A program made the translations under genes and the position numbers. From Octopus vulgaris (lineage: Eukaryota), in the NCBI GenBank assembly GCA_951406725.2, contig OX597833.1, positions 46,996,001 to 47,060,000 of the forward strand: a stretch of DNA of 64,000 nt, in the 5' to 3' direction. Numbering within the stretch: the first letter of the stretch is position 1; each line of letters starts with the position of its first letter. Under the pieces are notes generated by a model that worked only from the letters and a program-made list of their open reading frames with translations, ran no database searches and had not been told where the DNA came from. Below, piece by piece: positions 52,190 to 64,000 of the stretch.

Positions 52190-52980
52190 AAGAACATATA
52201 TCTTTATCTTTCTCGTTCATAAATAAATGCATCATACGACTGTCTCTGAAAAGTTTGACAAAAGGATAAAATTTTGGGAACAGATTCCCTTTTTTAGTTT
52301 ATGGCAGATATTTGAGACGCAAGAATACTAATACACTTAGGCCAAATGATCACGGGGTCAGCTGAAGTTAGAGGCAAAGAGCGAGAAAAAAAAGAGGGAG
52401 TGAGAAGTGTTAACGACGTACGGTGGGGTGGAGAAGGAATAATTATTACGTGATTAAAACGTTAGCTGAAGGGAAAGGTAAAGAGAGATGGACAGGGGAG
52501 GCATTTGTATTGAGAGAGAGAGAGAGAGAGCGGAGAGAGGCAGATAGTGGTGATGGTGGTGGTGGTGTGGTGATAGGGAAAAGTATTTTTTTATTGAACT
52601 AATTTTTTTTTATAGCTACCATTGCATAAAGCATGCGCAGGAGTACAATTATTTATCGTCTGCTCGCTTAAAAATTTGATACTTGTTCATAAGGGTTAAT
52701 TTAGCCTAAACTTTAAATTCACAAGACGGTTGCAATCTACCCAAGAATGGATGCGCAGATATAGAGCACAGATCAGAAAGAAACAGCGAGAAAATATAAT
52801 AAAAAGAGGAAAAAGATAACATCGACAGAGAGGTGAGGAAATGAATGTAGACGAACGTCAACAATATGTACCGAAAGCTAAACTATGAATCCGATAAAAA
52901 TGCAAGTCATCATTTCTTTCTTAAATAGATCTTAATTTTTTCCATTCCGTGAAATTTCTACGAGTCCCACAGCAACAGCA

Positions 52981-53575
52981 TGGAGGCGCAATGGCCTAGT
53001 GGTTAGGGCAGCGGACTTGCGGTCGGAGGATTGCGGTTTCGATTCCCAGACCGGGCGTTGTGTGTGTTTATCGAGCAAAAACACCTAAAAGCTCCACGAT
53101 GCTCCGGCAGGGGGTGGTGGCGACCCCTGTTGTACTCTTTCGCCCCATCTTTCTCTCACTCTTTCTTCCTGTTTCTTGAGTAATGCTGCGATGGACTGGG
53201 AAAGGGAACACATACGCCATAGAAACCGAGAAACCGGGCTCTTGAGCCCAGCTAGGCTTGAAAAGGGCGCAGGAACTATGTACACGTAGAGGCACATGGT
53301 TTAGTGGTTAGGGTGTTGGACTCACGATCGTAAGATTGTGGTTTCGATTCTTGGGCCAGGCGATGCGTTGCGTTCTTGAGCAAAACACTTCACTTCACGT
53401 TGCTCCAGTCCACTCAAATGTAGAAATGAGTACCACTAGTGGAGGCACGTCGCTTAGTGGGTAGAGTGTTGGATTCACGACCGTAAGATTGTGGTTTCGA
53501 TCCCTGGACCGGGAAATCTATTGTATACATGAGCACTTCATTTTATATTGCTCCAGTCTACTCAGCTGTGGAAAT
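52981..53575 (+). mobile_element. SINE family A tail type 2 followed by two older tRNA-head SINE fragments
   Basis: 52981-53271 complete; heads at 53288 and 53440. Confidence 0.8.
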
Positions 53576-54820
53576 AAGTTTAGCCTGGATAGGGATGGAC
53601 TCCGCCAGGCTCTTTCGCTTAAGATACGATGCATAGCTGCAGTACCCCAACGACTCTCAAGGGGTTAATAGACTTGTCAGCTAGGTACACATTCATGAAT
53701 ACGACGCCTCGTTTGATCAGAGATAGTGTAAATACTCAGTCTAAAGATGAAGTCTGATGGTCCGAAAATTGTTTTTAGTCTTAATACTTATCGCTATTCT
53801 TACATTTTTCTCTTCATCTTTGAAGTGAAGACTAAAGTGGTCCAGCTACTCAGTTGTGGAAATAAGTTTAGCTTGGAGAGGGATGGACTCCACCAGGCTC
53901 TCTCGCTTAAGATACGCTGCATAGCCGCAGTACCCCAACGGTTCTCAAGGGGTTAAGAGACTTGTCAACTAGGTACACATTCATGAATACGACGCCTCGT
54001 TTGATCAGAGATAGTGTAAATACTCAGTCTAAAGATGAAGTTTAATGGTCCGAAAATTGTTTTTAGTCTTAATACTTATCGTTATTCTTACATTTTTCTC
54101 TTCATCTTTGAAGTGAAGACTAAAGTGGTCCAGCTACTCAGTTGTGGAAATAAGTTTAGCTTGGAGAGGGATGGACTCCGCCAGGCTCTCTCTCGCTTAA
54201 GATACGCTGCAGGCGCAGGAGTGGCTGTGTGGTAAGTAGCTTGCTAACCAACCACATGGTTCCGGGTTCAGTCCCACTGCGTGGCATCTTGGGCAAGTGT
54301 CTTCTGCTATAGCCCCGGGCCGACCAATGCCTTGTGAGTGGATTTGGAAGACGGAAACTGAAAGAAGCCTGTCGTATATATGTATATATATGTATATATG
54401 TGTATGTGTGTCTGTTTGTCCCCCTAGCATTGCTTGACAACCGATGCTGGTGTGTTTACGTCCCCGTTACTTAGCGGTTCGGCAAAAGAGACCGATAGAA
54501 TAAGTACTGGGCTTACAAAGAATAAGTCCCGGGGTCGATTTGCTCGACTAAAGGCGGTGCTCCAGCATGACCGCAGTCAAATGACTGAAACAAGTAAAAG
54601 AGTAAAGAGTATAGCCGCAGTACCCCAACGACTCTCAAGGGGTTAAGAGACTTGTCAACTAGGTACACATTCATGAATACGACGCCTCGTTTGATCAGAG
54701 ATAGCGTAAATACTCAGTCTAAAGATGAAGTCTGATGGTCCGAAAATTGTTTTTAGTCTTAATACTTACTTATCGTTATTCTTACATTTTTGTCTTCATC
54801 TTTGAAGTGAAGACTAAAAG
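53552..54820 (+). repeat. 288-bp tandem triplication, third unit interrupted by SINE B
   Basis: ATGAAGT..GGTCCGAAA at 53747, 54035 and 54725. Confidence 0.9.
54211..54610 (+). mobile_element. SINE family B (young)
   Basis: full-length; absent from the two sister tandem units. Confidence 0.9.
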
Positions 54821-55447
54821 TGTAGAATGAAATGTTAAGTTAAATACTTATCAGGGGGAAAAAATTAGTTTGATTTGGTGTTAATGGAAGAGCATGGAAG
54901 CCGCGTTTAGTCAGTCTTTTCCTTTCGTTCTCTTCACGAATTCATTCGGCACGCGGAAATACTTGAAACACTTTATATATAAAGAAAAATGAAAAAAAAC
55001 ATGTTCAAAGCATCCACCCGCTCTAGCAAAATATACGATGGTGATGGATATACAAAACAGCTTTTCCAAAAACTGATGTTTGACAGTTTGATGCCAAAAC
55101 ATTTGTAGTCCCGTCGAATACGTCTGGTAAATAACTCTAAATGCCATACAAATCCAACCACTTACTCAACAACGTATGAAAAAAAGCTGTCAGTCGAATA
55201 AAACAAGGAATATTCAGTCCCCCCCCCAACCTCTTCTCGTTCACCTCTCTTTCTTTCTTTCTTTCTTTCTTTCGTTCTTTCTTTCTTTCTTTCTTTCTTT
55301 TTATGTTTATTTAATTCCATCTTATTTACTTCCATCTCAGAAAGTGATAAATCTCTTCACTGAATGTCCTCGTTTTTTCTGGGGGTTTTTGTCTGTTTTT
55401 TTAATTTTGTTTTTGTTTTTATAAAGCAATCCCATTCTTTCTTTCTT

Positions 55448-55502
<55 letters not shown>

Positions 55503-55665
55503 CTCTTTCCCTCTCTTTCTCTCCCTCTCTCCCCCTCTCTCTCTTTCTCTCTTTCCCCACATTTTCTCTCCCCACACTCTTTTGATCTCTCTTTCTTCCT
55601 TTTTCTCATTCCCCCATCTCCTCTCATCCTCAACACACACACACACACACACGCATACACACGCA

Positions 55666-55734
<69 letters not shown>

Positions 55735-55886
55735 GTGTAGCTAGAGTGTGCAGCCGTTGAGTTTTGTCGAAATCCCGCCCCATGCTTTATAACAGCCAAC
55801 CCAGAAGTGCCTTCGCATTAAATGCATCGTCCGCGATCGACCGCCTCCACATCACCATTCCCCCAACACCTACCTCAACTACGCTT

Positions 55887-55918
<32 letters not shown>

Positions 55919-56226
55919 CAGGAATGTGGCAGTAAGAGCGAGCAGAATGGACGTAGGTATAAACTACCCAAACTAAAACAATAAATATTAATTAATTGAT
56001 TATTAAATGTAAATATATATAAATCATTTTAAATTCGTAAAAAGAAAACAGAAAATACTGATTTAATGTATGGGAATTTTGCGTATATTTCACTAAACGG
56101 CTTCTCTTTTGATGTTGAACAACATTTTCCCGTGTATTTCAAACTGAAGGTTTATATTAAGTGTAAAACTATTAAACTTATGGTCTGCTATTTCAACTCT
56201 CTATAATTAATAAATCATTGTGTTTA

Positions 56227-56412
56227 TAGGCGCCGGATTGGCTGTGTGGTAAGTAGCTTGCTTACCAACCACATGGTTCCAGGTTCAGTCTCACTGCGTG
56301 GCACCTTGGGGAAAGTGTCTTCTACTATAGTCTCAGGCCGACCAAAGCCTTGTGAGTGAATTTGGTAGACGGAAACTGAAAGAAGGCCGTCATATATATG
56401 TATATGTATGTA

Positions 56413-56448
<36 letters not shown>

Positions 56449-56665
56449 TGTGTGTCTGTGTTTGTCTCTCCAATATCGCTTGACAACCGATGCTGGTGCG
56501 TTTGCATCCATGTAACTTAGTTGTTCGGCAAAAGGGACCAATAGAATAAGTACTAGGCTTACAAAGAATAAGTCCTGGGGTCGATTTGTTCGACTAAAGG
56601 CAGTGCTCCAACATGGCCGCAGTCAAATGACTGAAACAAGTAAAGGAGTAAAATAGTAAAAGAGT
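56227..56665 (+). mobile_element. SINE family B
   Basis: full-length match. Confidence 0.9.
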
Positions 56666-57145
56666 ATAAAATAAGTGCAAATGTCATCTCTCTCTCCCCC
56701 TCTCTCTCTTACTGTGTCATTTAATTGCATAAAATTTGCACGTGTCTTTTTGCCTCTCATGATTGAACTTGTAGCGTTGGTGGAATGCATTCACGCTCTC
56801 TGAGATATGCAGTGCAAATAATGTTTTAGCAGTTAACTTTTGGCCGCTATGGACCCTGTTGTGCCCACTACTCTGATTGGTTGGCATTGGCGCATTTTGT
56901 CTCTTGACATATTTCGCACCAATGTGTAAACCAACCAATCAGAACCTTCCAATAAGATCATGTGAGACAGCTTGTTCACAATCCAATTTGAGCCTTCCTT
57001 CTGCTTTAAAAGGCGTAAGCAATTCACTATATCTCGTCTTTGGTCTTCGGCCATTGACCACACCACAACCAAACAGCCAGTCCCAGCGACCCAGTCAGAA
57101 TTTTTAAAATCCATATCTTTTAAGTGTTGGTATCTCTACCCCCAC

Positions 57146-57176
<31 letters not shown>

Positions 57177-58687
57177 CTCACACACACACACACAGACACA
57201 CATACACATCATGCCTTTGGATCAGCAACAACCACAAAAAGTTTTCTTTTTTTCATAATTTCCTATCATTTTATCTTACCCTACATTCTGAAACATATGT
57301 AACTCACATAAAATCAAAAAAAAAAATCTTACCCCACTCTTCCCTCCTTCATTGTACTTTTCACAATGAAGGAAAAGTCAAACACCGCAAGTGGATGCGA
57401 GAAAAACAATATTTGAATTTTGAAAAAGTGTATCTATAAAGCGACGTTTTCAGTTCATTTATTTAAACTTCCTCTACTAATTCATCAACTGTGTTTTGAG
57501 ATCTAATTTTGGTAATTTTCTAAGATTTTAATTCTTGTGTATAAAGGTCCCACCGAACTTGAAGTGCCCCGGGCTCCCTGTGGTTTAAATCTGGTCTTAC
57601 TGACATTGCTGAAAAAAAAAAAAATAATTGTTCAGAGTTTCTTGACACAATATTCATTACTCAATTACAAAAAGTATGAAATTTCAAGTGTTCAACAATG
57701 ACAAAAAGAGACAATAGAAAGGTCATAAGGATAGAGGTCATGACACCAACTTATCTATGGAAATATAATATTATTGTGATATACGAGAAATAGAACACAT
57801 ACATAGCAAAGAAGACCTGCTCAGCAAAGTAAAATCTGTGTCAATGACCCTCTCCTCCATTTCCCACAACCCACCCATGCCCACTACTGCTGTTTCACCC
57901 CCTACTTCCGTTCTCCCTTACATATCCACCTACCTGCCTGCACACTATATGCACCTGTTAAATCCCTTCCCTGCCACTCACCTCTAGCTCCCACTCCCCT
58001 TTAAAAATCTTATAAACTCATCCACCCTACTCACACTCTTGAATCTCCTGTCCTCTCCACTATATACATCACCCTTGTAACTTGGGTGTTCGGGGCCCCA
58101 GTCTGTCACATCTTCACCAACGTTTCTTTTTCTCTCTTCTCCACCTGCAGAAGCCATGTCTCTCTTCTAATCCAAGACACCTTTCTGTCCTTCAATACTA
58201 CTCCCTCCAGTTGAGGGGGTCTTGTCCTGCAACTTACTCGGTAATCTTACTGGTGCTGGCACAACATAAAAAGCACCTAGCACACTCTGTAAAGTGGTTG
58301 GTGTTAGGAAGGGCATCCAGCCATAGAAGCCATACCAAAACAGACAGCAGAGCTTGGTGTAGTCTTCTGACTTGCCTATTCCCATCAAGCTGTCTAACTC
58401 ATGCCAGCATAAAAAAAATGGACATTAAATGATGATGATGATGATGATGATGATGAGGAGGAGGAGGAGGAGGAGGATATATGCATATGTGCACATATTG
58501 TCCACAGACGAAATCCAGAGATTTTCAGTATAGAGACATTTAGTAGTGCTCAGAAATATTCAAATTTAGACTCCAAAGTCTTTACAGGGGATCAATTCCA
58601 CAGGCTAGAGAGGCTATTAAAGGGATCCACTTGAGTGGATATAAAGGCAGTTATGCAGGATAAATAAATTAGGAAGAGGTACTGAGA

Positions 58688-59170
58688 GTGATAAAAATCA
58701 AACATCCAGTCAACATCATGGTGTTTGGAGTGATCACTAGTGATGGTGACATTATGCCTTCAGTCATCTTCCCACACGGCCTCAGACTCAACATGGAATC
58801 CTACATCAAGTGCTTGGAGAAGGTAATGCAGCCCTGGGTCAAGAAGGTGGCTGCTGGAAGACCCTATGTCTGGCAACAGGACTCTGCACCATCCCACACA
58901 AGCAGGAGAACCCAGTCATGGCTGTCAGACAATTTCTGTGACCATATCACCCCTAACATCTGACCACCTAACTCCCCAGACTGCAACCCCGTTGATTATT
59001 ATGTGGGCTGTAGTTGAGTGAGAGACCAACAAAACTCCTCGTAACACCAAAGATGAGCTGAAGGCAAGGATTATAACAGTATTCACAAGGAGACTGTCCA
59101 GAAGAGTTGCAGGAGATTCTGAAGTCGTTTGGAGGCTGTGGTAGAGACCAATGGTGATTTTATTGAATAA
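58688..59170 (+). pseudogene. DD37D (maT-type) Tc1/mariner transposase C-terminal remnant
   Basis: WQQDSAPSH..(W>stop)PPNSPDCNPVDY with 37 residues between the 2nd and 3rd Asp; ends RLEAVVETNGDFIE*. Confidence 0.85.
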
Positions 59171-59394
59171 ATTTATTCTTTAGTATTTCAAGATATCAAT
59201 TTATTTTGCAATATTCATGATGTGAAATCGTGTTTTGAAATTGATATTGTTGTATTTTGGGATGGTCATTTTTTTTTTTTTACCAAATAAATACACACAC
59301 TATATATTTTTTTCTTCATTCATTTATTACTGTTCTTATTTTATTATTTTAACTCATGTCCATTGTCCAGAAATCCTTCATCACACATCTCTCT

Positions 59395-59801
59395 CTTTTA
59401 CTCTCTTTTACTTGTTTCAGTCATTTGACTGCAGCCATGCTGGAGCACCACCTTTAGTCGAGAACATCGACCCCAGAACTTATTCTTTGTAAGCCTAGTA
59501 CTTATTCTATCGGTCTCTTTTTACCGAACCGCTAAGTTACGGGGATGTAAACACACCAGCATCGGTTATCAAGCGATGTTAGGGGGACAAACACAGACAC
59601 AAACACACACACACACACATATATATATACATATATATGACAGGCTTCTTTCAGTTTCCGTCTACCAAATCCACTCACAAGGCTTTGGTCGGCCCGAGGC
59701 TATAGTAGAAGACACTTACACAAGGTACCATGCAGTGGGACTGAACCCGGAACCATGTGGTTGGTAAGCAAGCTACTTACTACACAGCCACTCCTGCGCC
59801 T
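59395..59801 (-). mobile_element. SINE family B
   Basis: full-length match. Confidence 0.9.
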
Positions 59802-59910
59802 GAGGAGTGACCTCTTCAGTGACACTTTCCATTTTCGTGTGTGTTCTTGCTCCACTTACTCCATTCTGTTCTTCTAAGATGTGTATCCTTATGTGTGCAT
59901 GTGTTTGTGA

Positions 59911-59957
<47 letters not shown>

Positions 59958-60275
59958 TGCATATGTATGCTTGTGTGTGTTATAGTTTTTTAGCAGCAGT
60001 GTGGCCTTCCCCTCAGCCCCATCTTCTCACTCCATTGTCCTGCTGCTGTCCTAAGACCCTGAAAAAAGAAAAAACATGGTACAGTTCCTGTATTCCTCAG
60101 TGTATGTGTGTTCACCCATGGTGTTGCCATCATGGTAGTTGTTGTTATTGTAGTTATTGCCATCATTGGCAAGATGTCTTTATGTAATTTTGGTAAATAT
60201 ATCTGTTAAAATGAATTATCAATATTATTTTCATTTTTGTGTAATTTAGATGACAGTTTATTCACCACACCTTGT

Positions 60276-60467
60276 ATGTATACATGAAAAACAAGAGAAA
60301 AAAAAATGAGACTTTCAGATGATGAATATTTAAGTACAAATATATAGATATTTATATTAATAGATCCAAGTAAGTTGGATCTATTAATATAAATATCTAT
60401 ATATTTGTACTTAGATATTCATTGTCTGAAAGTCTCTATCTTTTGCTTTCTCTCATTTTTCATGTAT
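60276..60467. repeat. AT-rich palindrome/fold-back
   Basis: about 90-bp arms around GATCCAA-GTAAG-TTGGATC. Confidence 0.85.
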
Positions 60468-60677
60468 TGTTGTGTGGACACCCCCAGATGATGAAGTAGG
60501 CTAGCCCAATACGAAGATATAGAGGGAGAAGCCTAGACATCAGGAGCACAGTCGAGTCAAATAGCAGTCGGAGTAGAGAACAGTTGGGTAGAAGGCATCC
60601 GAACGTGTGGCATAACAGTGGTAGAGTAGCAGGCAGAGTTGAGAGTCGAGTAGAGGATCCGAATGTGTGACATAACA
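60468..60677. mobile_element. solo LTR
   Basis: TGTTGTG..CATAACA termini; 5-bp TSD TGTAT at 60463-60467 and 60678-60682. Confidence 0.7.
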
Positions 60678-61703
60678 TGTATACATCATCATCATCATCA
60701 TCATCATTTAGCGTTCGCTTTCCATGTTAGCATGGGTTGGACGGATCAACTGGGGTCTGGGAAGCCAGAAGGCTGCACCAGGCCCAGTCTGATCTGGCAA
60801 TGTTTCTACGGCTGGATGCCCTTCCTAACGCTAACCACTCCAAGAGTGTATGGGTGCTATGTATATATATTTTTCTTTACTACCCACAAGGGGACAAACA
60901 AGGACAAACAAAGGGATTAAGTCGATTACATCCACCGAAGTACCAGTTACGCACTGGGGTCAATGTAATCGACTTAATCCCTTTGTCTGTCCTTGTTTGT
61001 CCCCTCTGTGTTTAGCCCCTTGTGGGTAATAAAGAAAAATAAATATACATATTCTGTATTTCATATCCAAACTATTATATTATATTTCCCTCTCTCTCTT
61101 TCTCTCTCTTTCGGAGAGGCACATATACATACACATATACATACATATACACGCACATATACATACACGGCAGTAACTTCTGCCTGCCGAATTCAATCAC
61201 AAAGCTTCAGTCAGCTCAGGGCTATAGCAGAAGACACCTGCCCAAAGTGCCACACAGTGGGTCTGAACCCGAAACCATATAGCTAAGAAGCAAGCTCCCT
61301 AACCACACAGCCATGCCTGTATGTCTAATTTGTTTATCCACATAATTGCCTTTGTGTGCATATATGTATGTGTGGAGGCACATGGCCTAGTGGTTAGAGC
61401 AGCGAACTCACCAAAGCAATTTCTGAAGCTGAAGGTTTTGGTAACTTTTGGTGCTTGATAAGTGGAATAAACTACTTTGCCAACTTGGCAAAGCCATATC
61501 AGTAGTGAAATATTGCCAGGAAATCCTCAAATTGTACCAAGTTCTGCAATGGTCAATAATTGCATTCAAGAAGGAATCAATGAAAACGGACTGATTTTTT
61601 TCTTTTTTTTCCATGACAACATCTAATCACGTTTCACAAATTACACTGCAAAAATTAAACAATCTGAGATGTGACAGACACTCTACCTCATCACACTTAC
61701 ATT

Positions 61704-61748
<45 letters not shown>

Positions 61749-61909
61749 CTCTCTCCTCCCTTCTCCCTCTCTCTGAACAACTGCTACTGTTTCAATCATC
61801 TCAATAAAGTTCTGTTAAAGAAGGTCTTCAAAAGGGAAGGAGCAACTCAAAACATTTTTGATGAATTCGTTGGCTCTGGAAATTCAGGTTTCTACATACT
61901 CTTACTCTC

Positions 61910-62141
61910 TCTCTTTACTCTTTTACTTGTTTCAGTCATTTGACTGTGGCCATGCTGGAACACTGCCTTTTTAGTCGAGCAAATCAAACCCAGGACTTAT
62001 TCTTTGTAAGCCTAGTACTTATTTTATCGGTCTCTTTTGCCGAACTATCGGTCACTTATGCTGAACCGCTAAGTTACGGGGATGTAAACACACCAGCGTC
62101 GGTTGTCAAGCAATGTTGAGGGGACAAACACAGACACACAA

Positions 62142-62190
<49 letters not shown>

Positions 62191-62360
62191 TACATACGAC
62201 GGGCTTCTTTCAGTTTCCGTCTACCAAATTCACTCACAAGGCTTTGGTCAGCTTGAGGCTATAGTAGAAGACACTTGCCAAGGTGCCACGCAGTGGGACT
62301 GAACCCGGAACCATGTGGTTGGTAAGCAAGCTACTTACCACACATCCACTCCTACACCTA
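61910..62360 (-). mobile_element. SINE family B
   Basis: full-length match with a small duplication. Confidence 0.9.
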
Positions 62361-62721
62361 TGAGTAAAATATATAAACTTCTTTCTTGTCGATAAAGGTA
62401 TGGTCATTCTAAAGGTTACCATTTCAATTAATAAAATCTATTCCAAGCTGAAAAGCATTGCTTATTGCAGTGAAGTTTATGGTACTGGTACCACATAAAA
62501 CCATGCCAGTGCCACACAAGAAGCTGGTGCCATGTATAAGGCACCCATGCCAGTGCCTTGTAGGAGGTACCCAGTACACTCTGTAAAATGGGTGATGTTA
62601 GGAAGGGCATCCAGCCATAGAAACCATGCCAAAACAGAAAATTGGAGGCAAGTGCAGCTCTCTAGCTGGCCAGCTCCTGTTAAACCATCCAACACATGCC
62701 AGCATGAAAAACAGGCGTTAA

Positions 62722-62757
<36 letters not shown>

Positions 62758-62926
62758 GTGATGGTGGTGATGATGGTTAAAAACCTGCATTTATTATGCA
62801 TCAAAATACTTGTGTATTTTAATAATAAAAAGTTACTGTATGTAGATATAATAAAAAGTTACTGTTTGTAATTACAAACAGCTCTCTCTCTGTCTGTCTG
62901 TCTCTCTCTGTCTCTCTGTCTGTCTG

Positions 62927-62975
<49 letters not shown>

Positions 62976-63391
62976 TTGATTGCTAAACTTCTAACACTCT
63001 ATGATGAAAAAGGTAAAAGGACACACATTCGATGAATTCTTTCCAGATTATAATTCTCTTCTGTCTATAAGAAATGTTTCACTTCATAAAACATTTAATT
63101 AATATATTTCAGGTTATGATACACTGGTAATTTCTAAAATGAATGAAATACTGTTACACATGATTATCTCTGGCTAGAAGATTTAAGAACTTTGTAACAA
63201 GTAAAGAACAAAAAAAAAGAAATAAATATTTGCATTCCATACATCTTTTCCTTTATTCTTTAATTTCAAATTCAAACTTCTAATCTTGCCAAATAAGAAG
63301 AAATTATTATCTCCCTTGTATTAACTGTCCACTAGAGTACACCACATGTTACAGTATAATATTATACAGTAAATTAGTAAGTTCATGTCAA

Positions 63392-63790
63392 TCTATATAC
63401 ATATATATATAAAGCTGAAGTTGTCTGTGTGTGGCAGGTTTGGTAGCCTTCAACTAACACTATCTCCTCCGAGACCCTTGCTGCGCAAATTGACCAAAAT
63501 TGAGAGTATGATGGAAGAAGGCTTGCTCTTCATTCTGTAGAAGAAAAAATTCAAATCGGACCATGTTAAGATCAAAAATTATTTACATCAAAAAGGTGCT
63601 TTTTTTCTATGAAAATCCCTATGTTTTACGATCTTTTGACTGCTGTGTCGCCATTTTTCGGTGTACTTCAAACAGAAAAATGTTCATTTGAAGAGAATAA
63701 CAAGCTACATAATGCAAAATTTTTACTTTTCAAAAATTCCAATTCTAAAGGGTCGAAACAAACCCGAGCAACGCCAGGCGATAGTGCTAG
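63392..63790 (+). mobile_element. non-autonomous Helitron, same family as 7897-8685
   Basis: A|TC start, CCCGAGCAACGCCAGG hairpin, CTAG|T end. Confidence 0.85.
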
Positions 63791-64000
63791 TAAATGATAA
63801 AAACATACTCAAAATTATGTAAGTTCCTGTAAAATAATTGACACCTGAGTGACATCCCTTGGATTTATGCTACACTTGAGCACATTTAATGCATATTATG
63901 GCATGCAATGTTTTGTCATTAGTTGAAATAAATCAACTTAAATTCTAATAATCAAGATTGCATTGCATACCAGTGTATTTAACAATGTGATACCACTGGT

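Noticed and set aside
53750-53780. CTGATGG-TCC-GAAA in the 288-bp repeat as a hammerhead
   Set aside because: No stem II, A9 missing, and not conserved in unit 2
56833-57114. 93-aa minus-strand ORF (..MAEDQRRDIVNCLRLLK..)
   Set aside because: No recognisable domain or splice structure

Overview
Repeat-saturated, AT-rich eukaryotic non-coding DNA, most likely from an octopus or other coleoid cephalopod (inferred from the tRNA-derived SINE families and microsatellite load). I recognise no host protein-coding exon, and nearly all ORF-track entries are microsatellite or SINE artefacts. Recognisable coding remnants: a young, 5'-truncated Penelope-like retroelement (RT C-terminal half plus GIY-YIG endonuclease, 21707-22858), an R4/Dong-like RLE LINE 3' end in (TAA)n, RTE 3' ends, and Tc1/mariner remnants (DD37D and DUF4817 types). 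Also present: four SINE-like families, non-autonomous Helitrons (one head-to-tail dimer), piggyBac-, Merlin- and hAT-type MITEs, and a solo LTR. The most striking signal is about 15-20 hammerhead-ribozyme (HHR) motifs in short, often fold-back, mostly (TA)n-embedded Penelope-type elements. Two unrelated families appear to carry hammerheads whose three core strands are in a non-circularly permuted (pseudoknotted) order; in one family this is supported by compensatory changes between copies. All folds were predicted by eye and are untested.
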